Counted from the stretch's first letter, positions 41,607 through 56,908 are shown. The stretch: 64,000 bases of DNA from Eledone cirrhosa (GCA_964016885.1 OZ024745.1:21080001-21144000), one strand, 5' to 3'. Translations and numbers: made by a program. Notes: generated by a model from the letters alone, not told the origin.

Positions 41607-41795
41607 CGTGGATTGGCAGTATCGGTAGAGGGTCGGATGCCATGCTTTGACACATAGAGTTACGGCCCTTGCCATTCTGAGTTCAAATCCCGCCGAGGTT
41701 AACTTTGCCTTTCATTCTTACGGGGGTCGATAAAATAAAGTACCAGTAATGCACTGAGTAATTGTTGGTCTTGTACCAAAAGTAAAAAGAATTAT
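41607..41795 (+). mobile_element. tRNA-SINE (Nin/Deu-core type)
   Basis: GTGGATTGGCAGTATCGGTAGAG head, GAGTTCAAATCC B-box, core motif. Confidence 0.85.
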
Positions 41796-42142
41796 TTGCT
41801 CCGGGTCTCAGGGCTGTGAGTTTGTATTTCGTCGTTGGTACCTCTTTTTGATCTTTCGAGGTCAACAAAATAAAGGAACCATCCGAGATGTCTTGCATTA
41901 TTTGCTACTGCTTTTTCGTTTGGGGCACTTAATTCATTGCCTGGTTTGGCCTCACCACCTGGCTTTTGTGTAGCTCTAGTGGAGTTTTCTTCGACGAAAA
42001 CATTCATACCAGGTCTGCCTATCTTCATCTGACTAACAGTAACCCCCTCCCCCCACCAAAAAAATCGTAGCTGTCACCAAACATGTTTATGTGGCTGTGT
42101 ATGAATGCCTGTACGAGTATCTTTGAAATCTATGAACGTTAT

Positions 42143-42880
42143 ATAGGAGAGTGGACTGAAAGGTTCATAGGCTGACTATTAAGGAGTGATGCTAGTGCTG
42201 TGAAATCTTGAATGCATACATTTCATCTCTTAGTAATAACTGCATTGTTTCTGTCCAGGTAAACTGATATCTGACTGTTCAAAGAATACTTCAAATGTAA
42301 AAGGTAGCGACTTTTATTGAAAATGGACAACATTTGGCATCGTGGTATTATCAAGTACCTGCAGAAAAAGGGTTTAAACCCCAAGGACATTCTTCCTATC
42401 ATAATTACTACATTCGGGGATGACGCACCAGCTTTATCAACAGTGTAAAAGTGGGCAGCTGAATTTAGGAGGGGAGAGGAAGGGAGAGTCTTAAAGATGA
42501 CCCAAGGTCTGGACATTCTGCAACTGCCACTTCCAGGGAAAACATTGATCATGTTCCCCACAAGGTCATGCATGAATGCGATTGACTACAAATCAAATAG
42601 CCAATGCTATTACTTTATCCCGCAAGGTAGTTGAGAATATTCTGTAAAATGAACTTTGCATGGCGAAGGTTTCTACTCGGTGTGTACCACTTCTTCTGAC
42701 ATCTGATTAAAAGTGCACCAGGTTGATCACATCACGGGAATATCTGGTGGTTTTTCAGGCAGATCCAGCTGGTTTCCTTGAACATTTTCTAATTCAGGAT
42801 GAGTGTTAGGCTCATCACTTTGAAGCAGAGCCAAAGAGAATATACATGCAGTGAAAACATTCCTCCTCACCTGCTCCAAG
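42143..42880 (+). mobile_element. Mariner (Tc1/mariner) remnant: left TIR and N-terminal transposase pseudogene from ATG 42323
   Basis: Translates MDNIWHRGIIKYLQKKGL..APALSTV*KWAAEFRRG..DDPRSG..RCVPLLLT..QDE with stops and frameshifts. Confidence 0.85.
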
Positions 42881-44942
42881 TTCGCTTCATCATGTCTGTC
42901 TTATGAATAATTACTTTAATCAAATTATTAGATCTGTTTCAACTGCTTTGTCCCGTATTGTGCTGAATCACCCTTCTCGTTTACGGCTTTTTCATTCACT
43001 AAGTTTCAAAGATTCAAATTCCACATATCTCTTTAACCTCATCCTTTTGTCCTTATTATCGGCCTAGAATTGGTATTGAGACCGCCACTAATACAAGCAA
43101 ACCATTTGTGCTCATTCTCTGTATTGTTGAATATATTTGAAGCAGTTTTATTATTTTGCTATCTTAGCAAAAACCTAACTTACAAATATGGTTCGGTAAA
43201 TTGAACGATTTATGCATAGCTGTATAACTCAGGTATGAGAATGATATAGTTTAGCTTATGTCGCATGAGACACGATCTGAATGTATAGCAAAAGGGCAAC
43301 TTGACTGCAATATCTGAAATGAACTAGAAAAACCTAGAGAATATATTTTCACGCGCAACCGAAATTTAACCGAGCTTTTGGATGGTGGCATCATCTTTCA
43401 GATAGATTAAAATCTGGGCACAGTTAACAATTCTGTGTTGGCGTTGACGGAGTCAAATAAAGGTGTTATAATAAGCGATCATTTATTTTTGTTTCTTAGT
43501 TTTTTTTAATCTCGTTTGACGTTTCTCATATAATATATTGTTTCTCAACTGTGTTTTTCTCAAGCATATTTCTGAAATCGTCAATGTTTCTTGTAATTTG
43601 TCCTTGCAATATCCTGCATCTGCTACCCTTGTGGTGCATATATATTGTTATTTATTTCATTTTACAAAATGTTCAACGGAAAGGGAAAAAACAAAAACGA
43701 AAATTAATTATTCAACCTGAGAAATCATTTCTGAAAGGAACTCAGTTGAACACGAAATATATAAGGATATTTGATAGCGTTGCTAGTTGGTTTTCAACGC
43801 AGGTCAACACTGGAATATGCAGACTTAGGGTCAAAAGTTTGCCTGACGTTATCTTGTCTTACCAGAAAGACAGAGAAGATTATCTAATGTCTCTCTCATT
43901 TCAATTTTAATGTGGTAGAATGTGATTTAAAAATTGTGCTGCTATTTTAATTGACGATACTCGAAAAAAAAAATGGTTACCTCGTGATAATCCGATTTGA
44001 ATATGTTTAGAAAATAAGCTTTTGACTGGGATTACATCATACCAGTGTTGTGGTTGTTGTTTTTGTTTAGTCCCAGATCTATCCTTATCAACCATATGAA
44101 GCCATGACAGTCTCCTTTTGTAGACAGTTTTTTTTGTCAACATTATCTTCTACATTAGTCCTTTATACAGTATTTTAGAGTGTTATAACACAAATTTGAC
44201 AGCTTTTTCTAGCAGGATGAGTGAGTAGACAGAGGTTGCCTTTTGTAAAATTTCATCAAAGATTGCGGTGATTGTAGTAGTGATGATGATGGTGTATAAT
44301 GGTGGTGGTGTTTTTGTTGCTGGTGCTGGTTGTGTTCATGAATCCCCCCCCCCAAAAAAAAACCACCACCACCACCACCACAACTAACACCACCACAACC
44401 TGCAACACCACCACCACTTCCAACACCACCACTCCCATCACACCACCACCACCAGCTCCTCCTCCACCACCATCTCCAACCGCCCCATCACCTCCACAAC
44501 CAACACCATCAACACCACTACCACCACCACCACCAAAAACCTCTCCACCACCCCCAGCTCCTCCTCCACCACACCACCAACACCACCACAACCACCAACA
44601 CGACCGGGACCATCACCACAACCATCTCCACCACCACCACCATCTCCACCACCACCAGCTCGACCCCCCTCCCCCACTACCACAACCTCCTCCCCGACAC
44701 ATACACCACCACAGCCTCCACCACCACCACTATCTCCACCATAGAACGTACAACTTCCGTGCATTAAGCTATTTCTTCATTAGATTTCAGCATCGATTTC
44801 CTCCCAGCGGTCTTTCCTCACAAATATCTGGCGACACGAAAGTCGCTACTAACAAAAGTTAACCTATACATATGTATGTGTGACTGAACTAAATATATTC
44901 TCTCTCTTTCTCTATATATACATACATATTATACACCCACAC

Positions 44943-45035
<93 letters not shown>

Positions 45036-45090
45036 CATATATATATATACATGCATATACATACATACATATATATATAGATATAGATGC

Positions 45091-45158
<68 letters not shown>

Positions 45159-45823
45159 GATATATTCGATATATTCGAACACGAATCTAGGCAATGCTGA
45201 GAGACTTAAAATGTAGTCGGTGTTACAGTTGTATATCTACAGGAATTACACAACTGGTAAGCATAATATACTATATAAATAAAATATATATATATAAATA
45301 TATATATAAATAAAATGTGGTATATATACCACCGATTGCCTCACTGTATAAATAAAATATATATATATAAATATATATATAAATAAAATGGTATATATAC
45401 CACAGATTGCCTCACTGTGCATCTAGATGTTTCTCTGCCTATTTACTTCATCAGCCTCTGTTGAACTAAACCATACAAACATATATATATATATTGTGTT
45501 GTAACATACATTCCCGCCGTTCCTATAAGACTTCTTAATAACAGAACGGCGGGAATCTATGTTACAACCCAATATTTATATATTTATATCTAAAATCAGT
45601 TGCTACAGCGACGAATACAGGTATTTATGTATGTTGGCTTCTCTACTCAAACTCATTCGGGCTGTCATAATTATGACAGCCGGAATGAGTTGGGTAAATG
45701 ACCCAACGAAACGTAAGTACATGTATATGTCACCATTCTAACTGATTATACATGACTCGCGCTGTGGACTGACTGCTTTAAACCCTGGGATATTTATACC
45801 AAGTTTGTTCTATAATATATATA

Positions 45824-45900
45824 TACCCACTCTACTACCTTAAGTATTGAGTACTCTGGTGCGTTATGGTCCACCTGGTTCCTTACCACACGTCCTTCGT

Positions 45901-45933
<33 letters not shown>

Positions 45934-46045
45934 TCGGGTTGAATACCCTATCGCGCGGTTAAATTAAACCGCCTGGGCCACAGTTTTTTTAAGGGCGGTG
46001 GCACAGGCGGTTTAATATAACCGCGCGATCGGGTATTCAACCCGA

Positions 46046-46095
<50 letters not shown>

Positions 46096-46171
46096 CGAAG
46101 GACGTGTGGTAAGGAACCAGGTGGACCATAACGCACCAGAGTACTCAATACTTAAGGTAGTAGAGTGGGTA
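45824..46171. repeat. 348-bp composite palindrome
   Basis: Outer arms are exact reverse complements, each followed by (TA)n of different length; inner arms imperfect. Confidence 0.9.
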
Positions 46172-46728
46172 ATAGGAAAATGTTCCAAGAGTCCATAAAT
46201 AGCCGTCGAAACGGCTTCAGCTCTGCCGTCGGGGTCTTGAACATTTTCATATATATATATATATATAATACATTATAAAGAAAGAAGAAATATTAGATAT
46301 AATTAATAACATATACCATACCTAAATTCCTTAATTACTCCTCGACTACGTAGTTTCGTGGCATATTATGCAAAAACACTACATCACAGAGATACAGTAT
46401 TTTTGTGAGGTTTGCCGACTTATCAAGAGGATACCTCATTTAGAGTTTCAAAACACATCCGTAGGACGCGAGATAGAATCCCGAAAGGCGGAGGGGGAGT
46501 CAATCATGTGATACAGCGGTCAAGAAACAGAGCTAAGCCTCTTACAACCAAGAAAAAATACCACAAAGGCAGAGGGGTATTTATATCAAAGCCGTAGAAG
46601 AGGTGGCTAGGATGGCAAGAAGTTTGAGTAATGATAGCTATCCAGCACTCACTACACTTCAGTGGTTACTCTACCATAGGGAGTTATAAACAATATAAAG
46701 AAATACACAGATACATGCGAACACATAC

Positions 46729-46817
<89 letters not shown>

Positions 46818-46821
<4 letters not shown>

Positions 46822-47145
46822 TTCGGGCTGGATACCCGATCGCGCGGTTAAACCACTGGGAGTGAACGAACCCTAGCCTTTGTCAGGGCATTCGTCTAGG
46901 AGAAGGCAACTCAGGAAACTGGGATAACTCTGACATAAAACCTGCGGCTCAGTAGTTACCGATGATGTTGATCTTTTCTTCTTTTCGGGTTATAGCTACT
47001 GTCGCTCGGAGAGTGGGATTGGCTCAGTGCACAGTCTTTCTTCACTTTAAAAAATATCTTCACGCACAGGCATTGCACGATAGCATTAATTGATAATTAT
47101 ATATATCGTGCAATGGGCATATTCGATAACGAGGGGGTAGCCATC
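46818..47145 (+). mobile_element. Dispersed RTE-leader-like repeat, copy of 6590-6899
   Basis: High similarity to the reverse complement of 6590-6899; bounded by (TA)n on both sides. Confidence 0.65.
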
Positions 47146-47180
47146 ATATATGTACATATATATACATATATATATATGTA

Positions 47181-47254
<74 letters not shown>

Positions 47255-47924
47255 GTGAAAGAGTGAAGAATAACATGGTCAACAGTACAAAAAAGGGTTT
47301 TATTTACAGTATTAACAATAACAATTGTTTCATTGATTAGGGTGTCTAAAAATTGCTAATCACTTGGAGTTGTGTCACTCAATTTAGCTCCTGTATAAAT
47401 TTCTGTCAAAAGCTCCTGTATAGCATCGTGGACACATACACACATAAACCCATAACCATTACCACGACTACGATTAACTTCTGCAACACACCATTTTTCC
47501 GCTACAACGTCTTTACACCACAAAACGTCTTTACACCACAAAACACCACCATCAACATCACCATCACTAATACGATTACTTCTTCCACCAACACCCCCGC
47601 CACCCTCCAACTTCCGTATCTAGGATCTAACCAACTGTGAGTTAAATTAAGGAAAAGGAAACTACATGAAAGCTAAGCTTCGATTGCACCCGTAATTCTG
47701 AGTCAACCTTGTCAGACATTGTGTTGAGTTAATTCTGCTCGAACATTCTGTAATTGATGAACGTATATGTGGGCTATAATGCAATAAGTAGGTAGTTCAG
47801 TTGATTGAAAAACTGAAATATGCAATGTTCGAACTGAAAGATATATACTTCACTTCTAACTATTTACCTTTCTGTCTAGTACTCCTTGTATATATATATG
47901 TATGTATACACACACCCACACCCA

Positions 47925-48033
<109 letters not shown>

Positions 48034-48034
48034 A

Positions 48035-48467
48035 AGGTAGAACACTGGAAGGTAATATCCGTAGTGGTAGAGCACTCAGTCCATGGGACGAGTTAAGTAG
48101 AAGTGGTAACACAACAGTTAGTTTACCATACCGAGAACAATTGTTTCAACTTAGCGGATCTTCGGCTCGGACATATATAATGTTGCATGTATGTATAAAC
48201 CAGTAATTCGAGAAATTTGTTTCGTAACCGTCAGGTCCTGTATAGCATCGTGGGCACATATTCACACATAAACCCACAACCATTACCATGACTACGATTA
48301 ACTCCTGCAACACACCATTTTTCCGCTACAACACCCCGTCTTTACACCACAAAAACACTACCATCAACATCACCATCACTAATACAAGCTGAAGATACGA
48401 GCTGAAGATCCGCTAAGGTGAAACAATTGTTCTTGGTATGGTACTAACTGTTGTGTTACTACTTCTA
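48035..48467. mobile_element. Fold-back element with two opposed hammerheads (48131-48170 minus; 48395-48439 plus)
   Basis: CCGAG CCGAAGA..GAAA CAATTG TT CTCGG and ATACGAG CTGAAGA TCCGCTAAGGT GAAA CAATTG TT CTTGGTAT. Confidence 0.75.
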
Positions 48468-49379
48468 TATATATATATAACTGATTAAGACTATTAAACC
48501 CATTATTCAAATTAGTAATCCATTCTTTAACAAAAGTAGTGTGGAATATATACATCAATACATCCACATTTATATAGATAACGATATATATATATGTAAT
48601 TTTATATTTTAAAACCATACTAACTCCGATATGTTATTCGTAAAGCTTTTCCCCTCCTCTTAAACTTCCACACTTTTCAAACAACTACGCATTACTGTGA
48701 TGTTCGTATTTAAGTTCCGAAATAGAATTCATCCCCACAATCAGCTATGTTCCATAACACAAGTATTTTTAGCTTTACTAGCCAGAGTATTTTTTCTCAT
48801 TGTTTTTTCACTGATTCTATAGCTATATTGTAGTTTCTTAATAACACGGTAGAAAGAAAATACTCTACAAAAGCATTCTGCATACTAATACGAATGTAAG
48901 GTTTCATTTATTAGAGTTAGTGAATTGAAAAACTTCGATCAACAGACATTATCGAAAACATTAACGTTTAACTTTATATGTCGTTTGAAGAAATATCCTT
49001 CGAAGAGCGAACTCATTTTTTCCCTTTGTCCCTAGACTACGGAAGCTTAGACAGTAGTTATATATATATATATATCTATATATCATTGAAAAGAAAGTTA
49101 AACTTTAATTCCTAGGACAATGTCAGTTTATAGATTTTTCAATTCACTAAATCCAATTAATCCAATTTTTGAAACCCTCCCAAAGAATTTTAGATTATCA
49201 CTGAAAAGTAAAGAGTTAAGAATTAATTAAAATAAACATAGAACATCCTAGAACTTCATTATTGTCTTCTGGAAATGTCTTCTATATAGGTGAATTGGCA
49301 GAGTCCTTAGCACGTCGGATGGAATGCTTTCCGTTAATCGGTTCTCTGCACACTGGGTAAATTTTGCCATTCATCCATA

Positions 49380-49581
49380 TACGAGGCTCGGTTGAAAAGT
49401 TCATTGGCTGACCAAGATACTCTCATGGACTGACCAAATGGGGTTTATTTTTCAATATAGTCCTTGGAAAGAAACAATGCAGTTATCAATAAGATATGTT
49501 GAAATTAATGCATGCAGATTTCACAGCATTAGCATCACTCCTTCATAGTCAGCCTATGGACCTCTTAAACGACTTTCGTAT
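49380..49581 (-). mobile_element. Mariner-derived MITE, same family as 29608
   Basis: TA-flanked TIRs CGAGG..AAAAGTTCATTGGCTGAC / GTCAGCCTATGGAC..TCG. Confidence 0.75.
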
Positions 49582-50280
49582 TATAGCTAAACACTGATCT
49601 AAATAGACAGAAAGGAATGTATTTAAATATTACATGCATATAGTACAGCTAAACACTTTCTTAAAAACTACTATACTACGAATTAAACGCATAATTTCTG
49701 GAAAGAAAACAAAACACTAATCTAAAACAAACTCTTGATCCCAGTAGACTAGATAATTTACGAATATATGATACTGTACATTCTCAAATATAAGAATAAA
49801 ATCATTCATAGAAATAGGACAGGCCGAAGAAAGAGTACATAAGGCAAATTAAAACAACGAAAAACAACAAAGCAAGCAACGAGACTAAAAATCTGGTTGA
49901 GAACGGAAACCACGAATATAGATCTAGCTCAAGCGAAACAATAAAAGTAAAGAGGAAAAAAAAAGAAACCTTAGCATACCTGTAGAATAGTGATGAACAA
50001 AAGTCGAAAGATAACGGCACAGACAAATATATGAATAAAAAGGAATAAGAGACATATCTAAAAATAAATTCTAAAGATGGAAATTCTGAATATGACAATC
50101 TGATGGTATAAATAGTTATAAAAACATACAACCGATAGAAGGTTATGGGCCAGGGAAAGACACTCCAAAATATACAATTAAAATAGCATAAAGAATCGTT
50201 AAAAAGAAAGCGCAACCTTGGACAATATAGTTTTAGTGAAAACAGACACGAAGTTCAATATCAAGAGGATAAATAAATAT

Positions 50281-50497
50281 TGGTTTCTGATATAGGAACA
50301 AGGCCAACACTTTTGGGGGAGGGGAAAGTCGATTAGATGAAACCTGGTGCATTACCGGTACTTTATGTTATCGACCCCGTAAGGATGAAAGGCAAAGCTA
50401 AAATCAACAGAATTTGAACTTAGATCGAAAAGGGCCGTAACTCCGGGCCATAAAGCATGTTGTCCGACGTTCCACCGATACTGCTTATCCACCACCC
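50281..50497 (-). mobile_element. tRNA-SINE (Nin/Deu-core type)
   Basis: ATCGACCCCGTAAGGATGAAAGGCAAAG core in reverse. Confidence 0.8.
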
Positions 50498-51793
50498 TAT
50501 AGATAAATATTGATCAGACATAATAGGCATAATTATTGTGGGTACTTCCGTATAACTACTCATATAGGAATATCTAATCCCCAGCAAACAACGTGGGAAA
50601 TAACCATAGAGAGACATAAAGTAAACAAAAGAAGAATATTCTAATTCTTAATTAAGTCATCAACATTAATCCCAAAACAAAATGTGGGAATATTAAAGCA
50701 ATACAACATAGCAACTAAAGAAAGAAAAGACACAAAATCAAAGGTCTAAAAGAAATCTTTAATAAAGATAGCATCTACAACTAAATAATTATACCTTGAA
50801 TAACTGGTACATAATTAATTTGAATAAAGCGAGGTTGATAAGAGGACGAACCACGTTTCTATTAGGAAATATGTCTGTTTTCTCTATTTGGTGGCTGTTG
50901 CGGTCCGATTTCGTATGCGGTCCGATTGCGTATGCCGAGTTTGGGAAGATGGGTGGTCCGCGTTTGGTTTGCTGAATTTCGAGAGTGAGTACAGTTTTTT
51001 TGGCCAGAGTCATGGCTACAGTTTGGCGTTCGATTTAGCGTTTTTGCTGAATGTTTGTGGAACGTTTGGAGCAATGGTGGTCTTATTTACGTATATATTC
51101 CTTGGGATCTCCCTCTAATCACTCAGATACAAATGGAAGACAATCAACCAAATTTTATATAAGAACATCTCAAGCTGTACGTTAAATAAATAGCTAGAAA
51201 CACTGTTATATACAAACAGGGATTCAGTAGCTCGAGAAAGTGTGTGAGTAATACTGTTTTGAAAGTAAACTAATAAAAACCTGTATCATGTTACATCAAG
51301 GTTCGGTAACAGGTAGGCCATTTCAGTGTTTCTCGTGGACCTAGAACTTTTTAATTTGTTCATATGTAACATATGTTATAATATATCAGGCAGCTACGGG
51401 GAAAAATAAAACATTATTAGATCATTGTGTTAGATGAAGAAATTAAACCAAACTAAAACCTTCATATACACAAGAATAAATGAATTAAACATATAACACA
51501 AATAATTGTGGTAGTTTTAGTAATAAGTTCTACTTAAATATTCCGAAATGGTTGCTAAAACAATTAACAAGAATAGACAGGAAAATAAGAAAAGCAATAG
51601 CTAGAGACGTAGGGACAGAAATATTATGTAGACAATGAATTTGAATAAGTAAAGGTCTTCTGTAACTCGAAAATTATTATAAATTATCTACTGTTAAGAA
51701 TAAAGAAATACAAGCTAATACAAATTGCTAAGAAAGATTAAGTAAACAAAATGATTCTGTCTGCTTGCAAACGAATCGAATATTATTATTATT

Positions 51794-51980
51794 TGGATTG
51801 GCAGTATCGGTAGAGTGTCGGACACCATGCTTTGACGCATAGAGTTACAGCCCTTGCCATTCTGTGTTCAAATCTCGCCGAGGTTAACCTTGCCATTCAT
51901 CCTTACGGGGTCGATAAAATAAAGTACCAGTAATGTACTGGGTAATTGCTGGTCTTGTGCCAATAGTAGAAACAATTATT
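51794..51980 (+). mobile_element. tRNA-SINE (Nin/Deu-core type)
   Basis: Head, B-box and core as in other copies. Confidence 0.85.
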
Positions 51981-52565
51981 ATTTGATATAAAACTCACGA
52001 ATACATTTACGTATCCGCTATGTTAGAGCGAAAATACAAATTCTAATTTTGCTTTCAAAATAAAACTGTTTTCAAATAAAATTTAAAGATATACAGAAGA
52101 AGACAGAAACAACAAAAAAACTATTTAAATATATATATATATAACTGCAAATAGGATTCTAAGATATGATGGTAACCGTTTTGTCCACAGAGCGAGGTTG
52201 AGACACTGCTCAGTCTAGGGTGTAGTGACTGTCCCTCTCCTTTTCCTATATTTCATTGCTTAATCTTTCTTTCTTTTTCAACTTTTCATTTTCTATTTCC
52301 ATCCCACTTTACCAGCTGCTATTAAATATTTTTGCTAGTAACCAACAAACTATGGCAAGATGTCAAGAAAAGGCAATAGCAAAATACAACGGAAAAAAAA
52401 TGAAACAAAATAATGAATAAGATCATTTCTACTACTAGGCACGGTAAATTGTGTGTAATTTCTATGTAATTTTTTGAAATATAAGATAAAATAAAACAAA
52501 GAAATCGAAGACGTACAGAAAAGACTCAGACCTAATCCCTGTAGTGGAATGGGCACTTAATAATA

Positions 52566-53112
52566 ATTGTTTCTACTTTTGGCACAAAGCCAGCAATTAT
52601 CCCAGTGTATTACTGGTACGTTATTTTATTTGTCCCCGTAAGGATGAAAGACAAAGTTAACCTCGGCGAGATTTCAACTCAGACCATAAAGGGCCGTAAC
52701 TCTATGCTGCAAAGCATGGCATCCGACCCTCTAGCGATACTGCCAATCCGGTTTCTGATTTAAGCACAAGGCCAACAATTTTTGAAGAGGGGAAACTTAA
52801 TTAAATTGACCCCTGTTTGTTACTGGTACTTTATTTTATCGATCCCGTAAGGATGAAAGGCAAAACTTATCTTGGTGGGATTTGAACTCAGGAAGTAAAG
52901 GGGTGGAACTCTATGTCGAAAAGCATGTTGTCCGATGTTCTACCGATATCGCCGATCAACACACAATATTGATTTCTGATTCAGGCACATGGCCAACAAT
53001 TTTGGTGGAGTGGAACAGTCGATTAAATCGACTCTAGTTCTGATTGATACTTTATTTTATTGAACTCAGAATGACGAAAGGCAAAGTTGACCCATTGCAG
53101 GATTTGAACTCA
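52566..53112 (-). mobile_element. Three head-to-tail tRNA-SINE copies
   Basis: Core motif repeated at about 52630, 52840 and 53060. Confidence 0.85.
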
Positions 53113-53428
53113 ATGTAAAATGTCACAATAGCATTCTTCTTCTTCTTCTTCTTCTTTTTCTTCTTCTTCTTCTCCTTCTTCTTCTTCTTCTTCTTCTTCT
53201 TCTTCTTCTTCTTCTTCTTCTTCTTCTTCTTCTTCTTCTCATTCTCCTTCTTCTTCTTCTTCTTCTTCTTCTTCTTCTTCTTCTTCTTCTTCTTCTTCTT
53301 CTTCTTCTTCTCCTCCTTCTCCCCCCCCCCTCCTCCTCCTCCTTACTAATGTTCAAGTCAACATATATTTCAGTATAACTATCTCTCTTTGTTTCTATTC
53401 CTATATAGCCTGTCTTAGATAACATTAA

Positions 53429-53612
53429 CGGTGGATTGGCAGTATCGGTAGTAGACGCCATGCTTTGACGCATAGAGTTACGGCCCTTTATGGCCAGAGT
53501 TCAAATCCCACCGAGGTTAACTTTGCCTTTCATCCTTACTGGGTCGATAAAATAAAGTACCAGTAATGCACTGGATTATTGCTGGCCTTGTACCAAAAGT
53601 AGAAAGAATTAT
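53429..53612 (+). mobile_element. tRNA-SINE (Nin/Deu-core type)
   Basis: Head, B-box and core as in other copies. Confidence 0.85.
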
Positions 53613-53742
53613 TATAGGTAGTAGTAGCAGTAGCAACAGCAGTAGTAACAGCAGTAGCAACATCAGTAGTACTAGTAGTAGTAGTAGTAGTAGTAGCAGC
53701 AGCAGTAGCAACAACAGTAGTAGTAGTAGTAGTAGTAGTAGT

Positions 53743-53774
<32 letters not shown>

Positions 53775-54119
53775 CAACAGCAGTAGCAACAGCAGTAGCA
53801 ACAGCAGTAGTACTAGTAGTAGTAGTAGTAGTAATGGTACTAGTAGTAGTAGTAGTAGTAGTAGTACTAGTAGTAGTAGTAGTAGCAGTAGTAGTAGTAA
53901 TACTAGTAGTAGTAGTAGCAGTAGCAGCAGCAGCAGTAGCAACAGCAGTAGTAGTAGTAGTAGTACTAGTAGTAGTAGTAGTAGTGGTGGTGGTGGTAGT
54001 AGTAGTTGTAGTAGTAGTAGTAGTAGTAGTAGTAGAAATCGTTGTTGCAGTCGTGAAATTCCTGCATTTGCCACATTAACCGTTTCGTAAAGAAATGGAC
54101 ATGGTGCCTCGAGCCGCAG

Positions 54120-54206
<87 letters not shown>

Positions 54207-54389
54207 AGAGAGAGAGAATCAAATACAAATGACTAAGAGAAACAACGAAAGTATAAATAAGAATATGAAAATATAAAATTCTCCATTGAAAACATGTAAA
54301 GACCACAAAACAACAGCAATCCCAACGATGATCATGATAATGAAATAGTAAAGGAGAAATTACAATAATTTCTACTAAAGTTACAATGG

Positions 54390-54435
<46 letters not shown>

Positions 54436-54493
54436 CACCACTACTACTACTACTACTAGTACTACTACTACTACTACTACCACCACCACCACC

Positions 54494-54534
<41 letters not shown>

Positions 54535-54589
54535 CACCACTACCACCACCACCACCACCACCACCACCACTACTACTACTACTACCACC

Positions 54590-54624
<35 letters not shown>

Positions 54625-56654
54625 CTCAATAAAAACAAGAAAATGAAAGCCATTACTATTACTTCAACTGTAGCAACATTACAACAACAAAACCTACTAT
54701 TGATACCAACAGCATAAAAAAAGGTTACAGCAACGACAACAATACTCACCAAGCTATAACACTGGAACAACAACAACAATACTCACGAATCTATAAGACA
54801 GGAACAACAACAACAACAACAACAACAAGCTATAATATTTGAAAAACAACAACAATACTCACGAATCTATAAGACAGGAACAACAACAAGAACAACAAAA
54901 AGAAGAACAATAACAATTGACGCCATCGGCTAAAAACTCCAGCAACAAAATGACAACAAAAACCACAACATCCATGACAGGAACAACAGCAACAATAATA
55001 ACAACAGCAACAACAATAACAACAACAGCAACAACAATAACAACAACAGCAACAACAATAACAACAACAACAACAACAATAACAACAACAACAATAACAA
55101 CAAGAGCATACAATGTGTAAAGAAAGAAAAAAAACCAAATGAAACAGCAAATGACGAGGACAACGGCAATGTGAGAAATGGCGGCTATGACAGAATAATG
55201 GCGGCAATAACAGCAATAAATACAACAACTACATTAGTAGCATTAGTAGCATCATGACAACTATCATCATCAACTGCAGTATTATCATCATCATCATCAT
55301 CATCATCAATAGCAAAAACATCATCATCGGCATCACCGCCATCGTCAACATCAACAGCAAAACCGCCAACATCATCATCATCATCACCACTATCATCATC
55401 ATCATCATCATCACCAATGTCATCATCATCATCATCACCAATATCATCATCATCATCGTCACCACTATCATCATTATCATGACCATCATCATCACAGTAG
55501 CAGCAGTAGCAAAATCATCATCATCATCAACATCATCATCATCACCATCAACAGCATCATCATCATCACCATCAACATCATCCTGACATCACTACCATCA
55601 TCATTAGCAGCAGCAAGCAGCAGCAAAAACACCGTAACCATCCTCATCACCAACACCACACTCATCAGCAAACTCAACATCATCAACATCATCACCATCA
55701 ACAACATCGAAAATACCATCATCAACATCACCATCATCCTCAATATCAACATCACCATCATCATCATCACCATCACCACTATCACCAGCAGTAACAAAGA
55801 CATCACCTCCGCCACCACCACCACCACCATCACCATCACCACCACCATCACCATCACCACCACCATCATCATCACCATCACCATCACCATCATCACCACT
55901 GCCACCACCACCACCACTACCACCACCACCACCACCATCACCATCACCACCACCATCATCATCACCATCACCATCACCATCATCACCACTGCCACCACCA
56001 CCACCACTACCACCACCACCACCATCACCATCACCCCCACCATCATCATTATTATGGTCCACGACAATAAAACTATGACGTCATTGATTGGTGTGTAGCC
56101 AAAATAAAACCCCAACCAAAAATAAACAAAAAATAACTAAGAATAACAACGAAATAAAAGAACTTACACAAAACTATAACAACAACAAAACAATAACAAC
56201 AATACAATAACAACAACAAAACTATAACAACAACAATACAATAACAACAACAAAACTATATCAACAACAAAACTATAACAACAATACAATAACAACAACA
56301 AAACTATATCTACAACAAAACTATAACAACAACAATACAATAACAACAACAAAACTATAACAACAACAAAACTATAACAACAACAATACAATAACAACAA
56401 CAAAACTATAACAACAACACTATAACAACAAAAAAACTATAACAACAATACAATAGCAACAACAAACGAGAACAAAAACGTGAACCAAACTAAGACCAAA
56501 CTCCACCATGCTGTGTTGCAGACATTCAATTTAGTGGGGAAAATAAAGAATATATATTTACTTTTATATCGATATGTGCTTATGCATATTTATATATGTA
56601 CATATATGCATGTATATATGTATGTGTGCGTCTATGTGTTTATATATATATATG

Positions 56655-56714
<60 letters not shown>

Positions 56715-56759
56715 ATAGAATACTATTAGCTTCTCGCTAAAACAATTTATATACCTTTC

Positions 56760-56839
<80 letters not shown>

Positions 56840-56908
56840 AAAAAAGATGAAATCGAAAATGCAACTGGAGTCTTATTTTTAAAAAATATATATATATTTA
56901 TTTGGTTC

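Noticed and set aside
45415-45460. Minus-strand hammerhead with palindromic CATCTAGATG
   Set aside because: U16.1 is replaced by C and helices I and II are poor; at most a relic.
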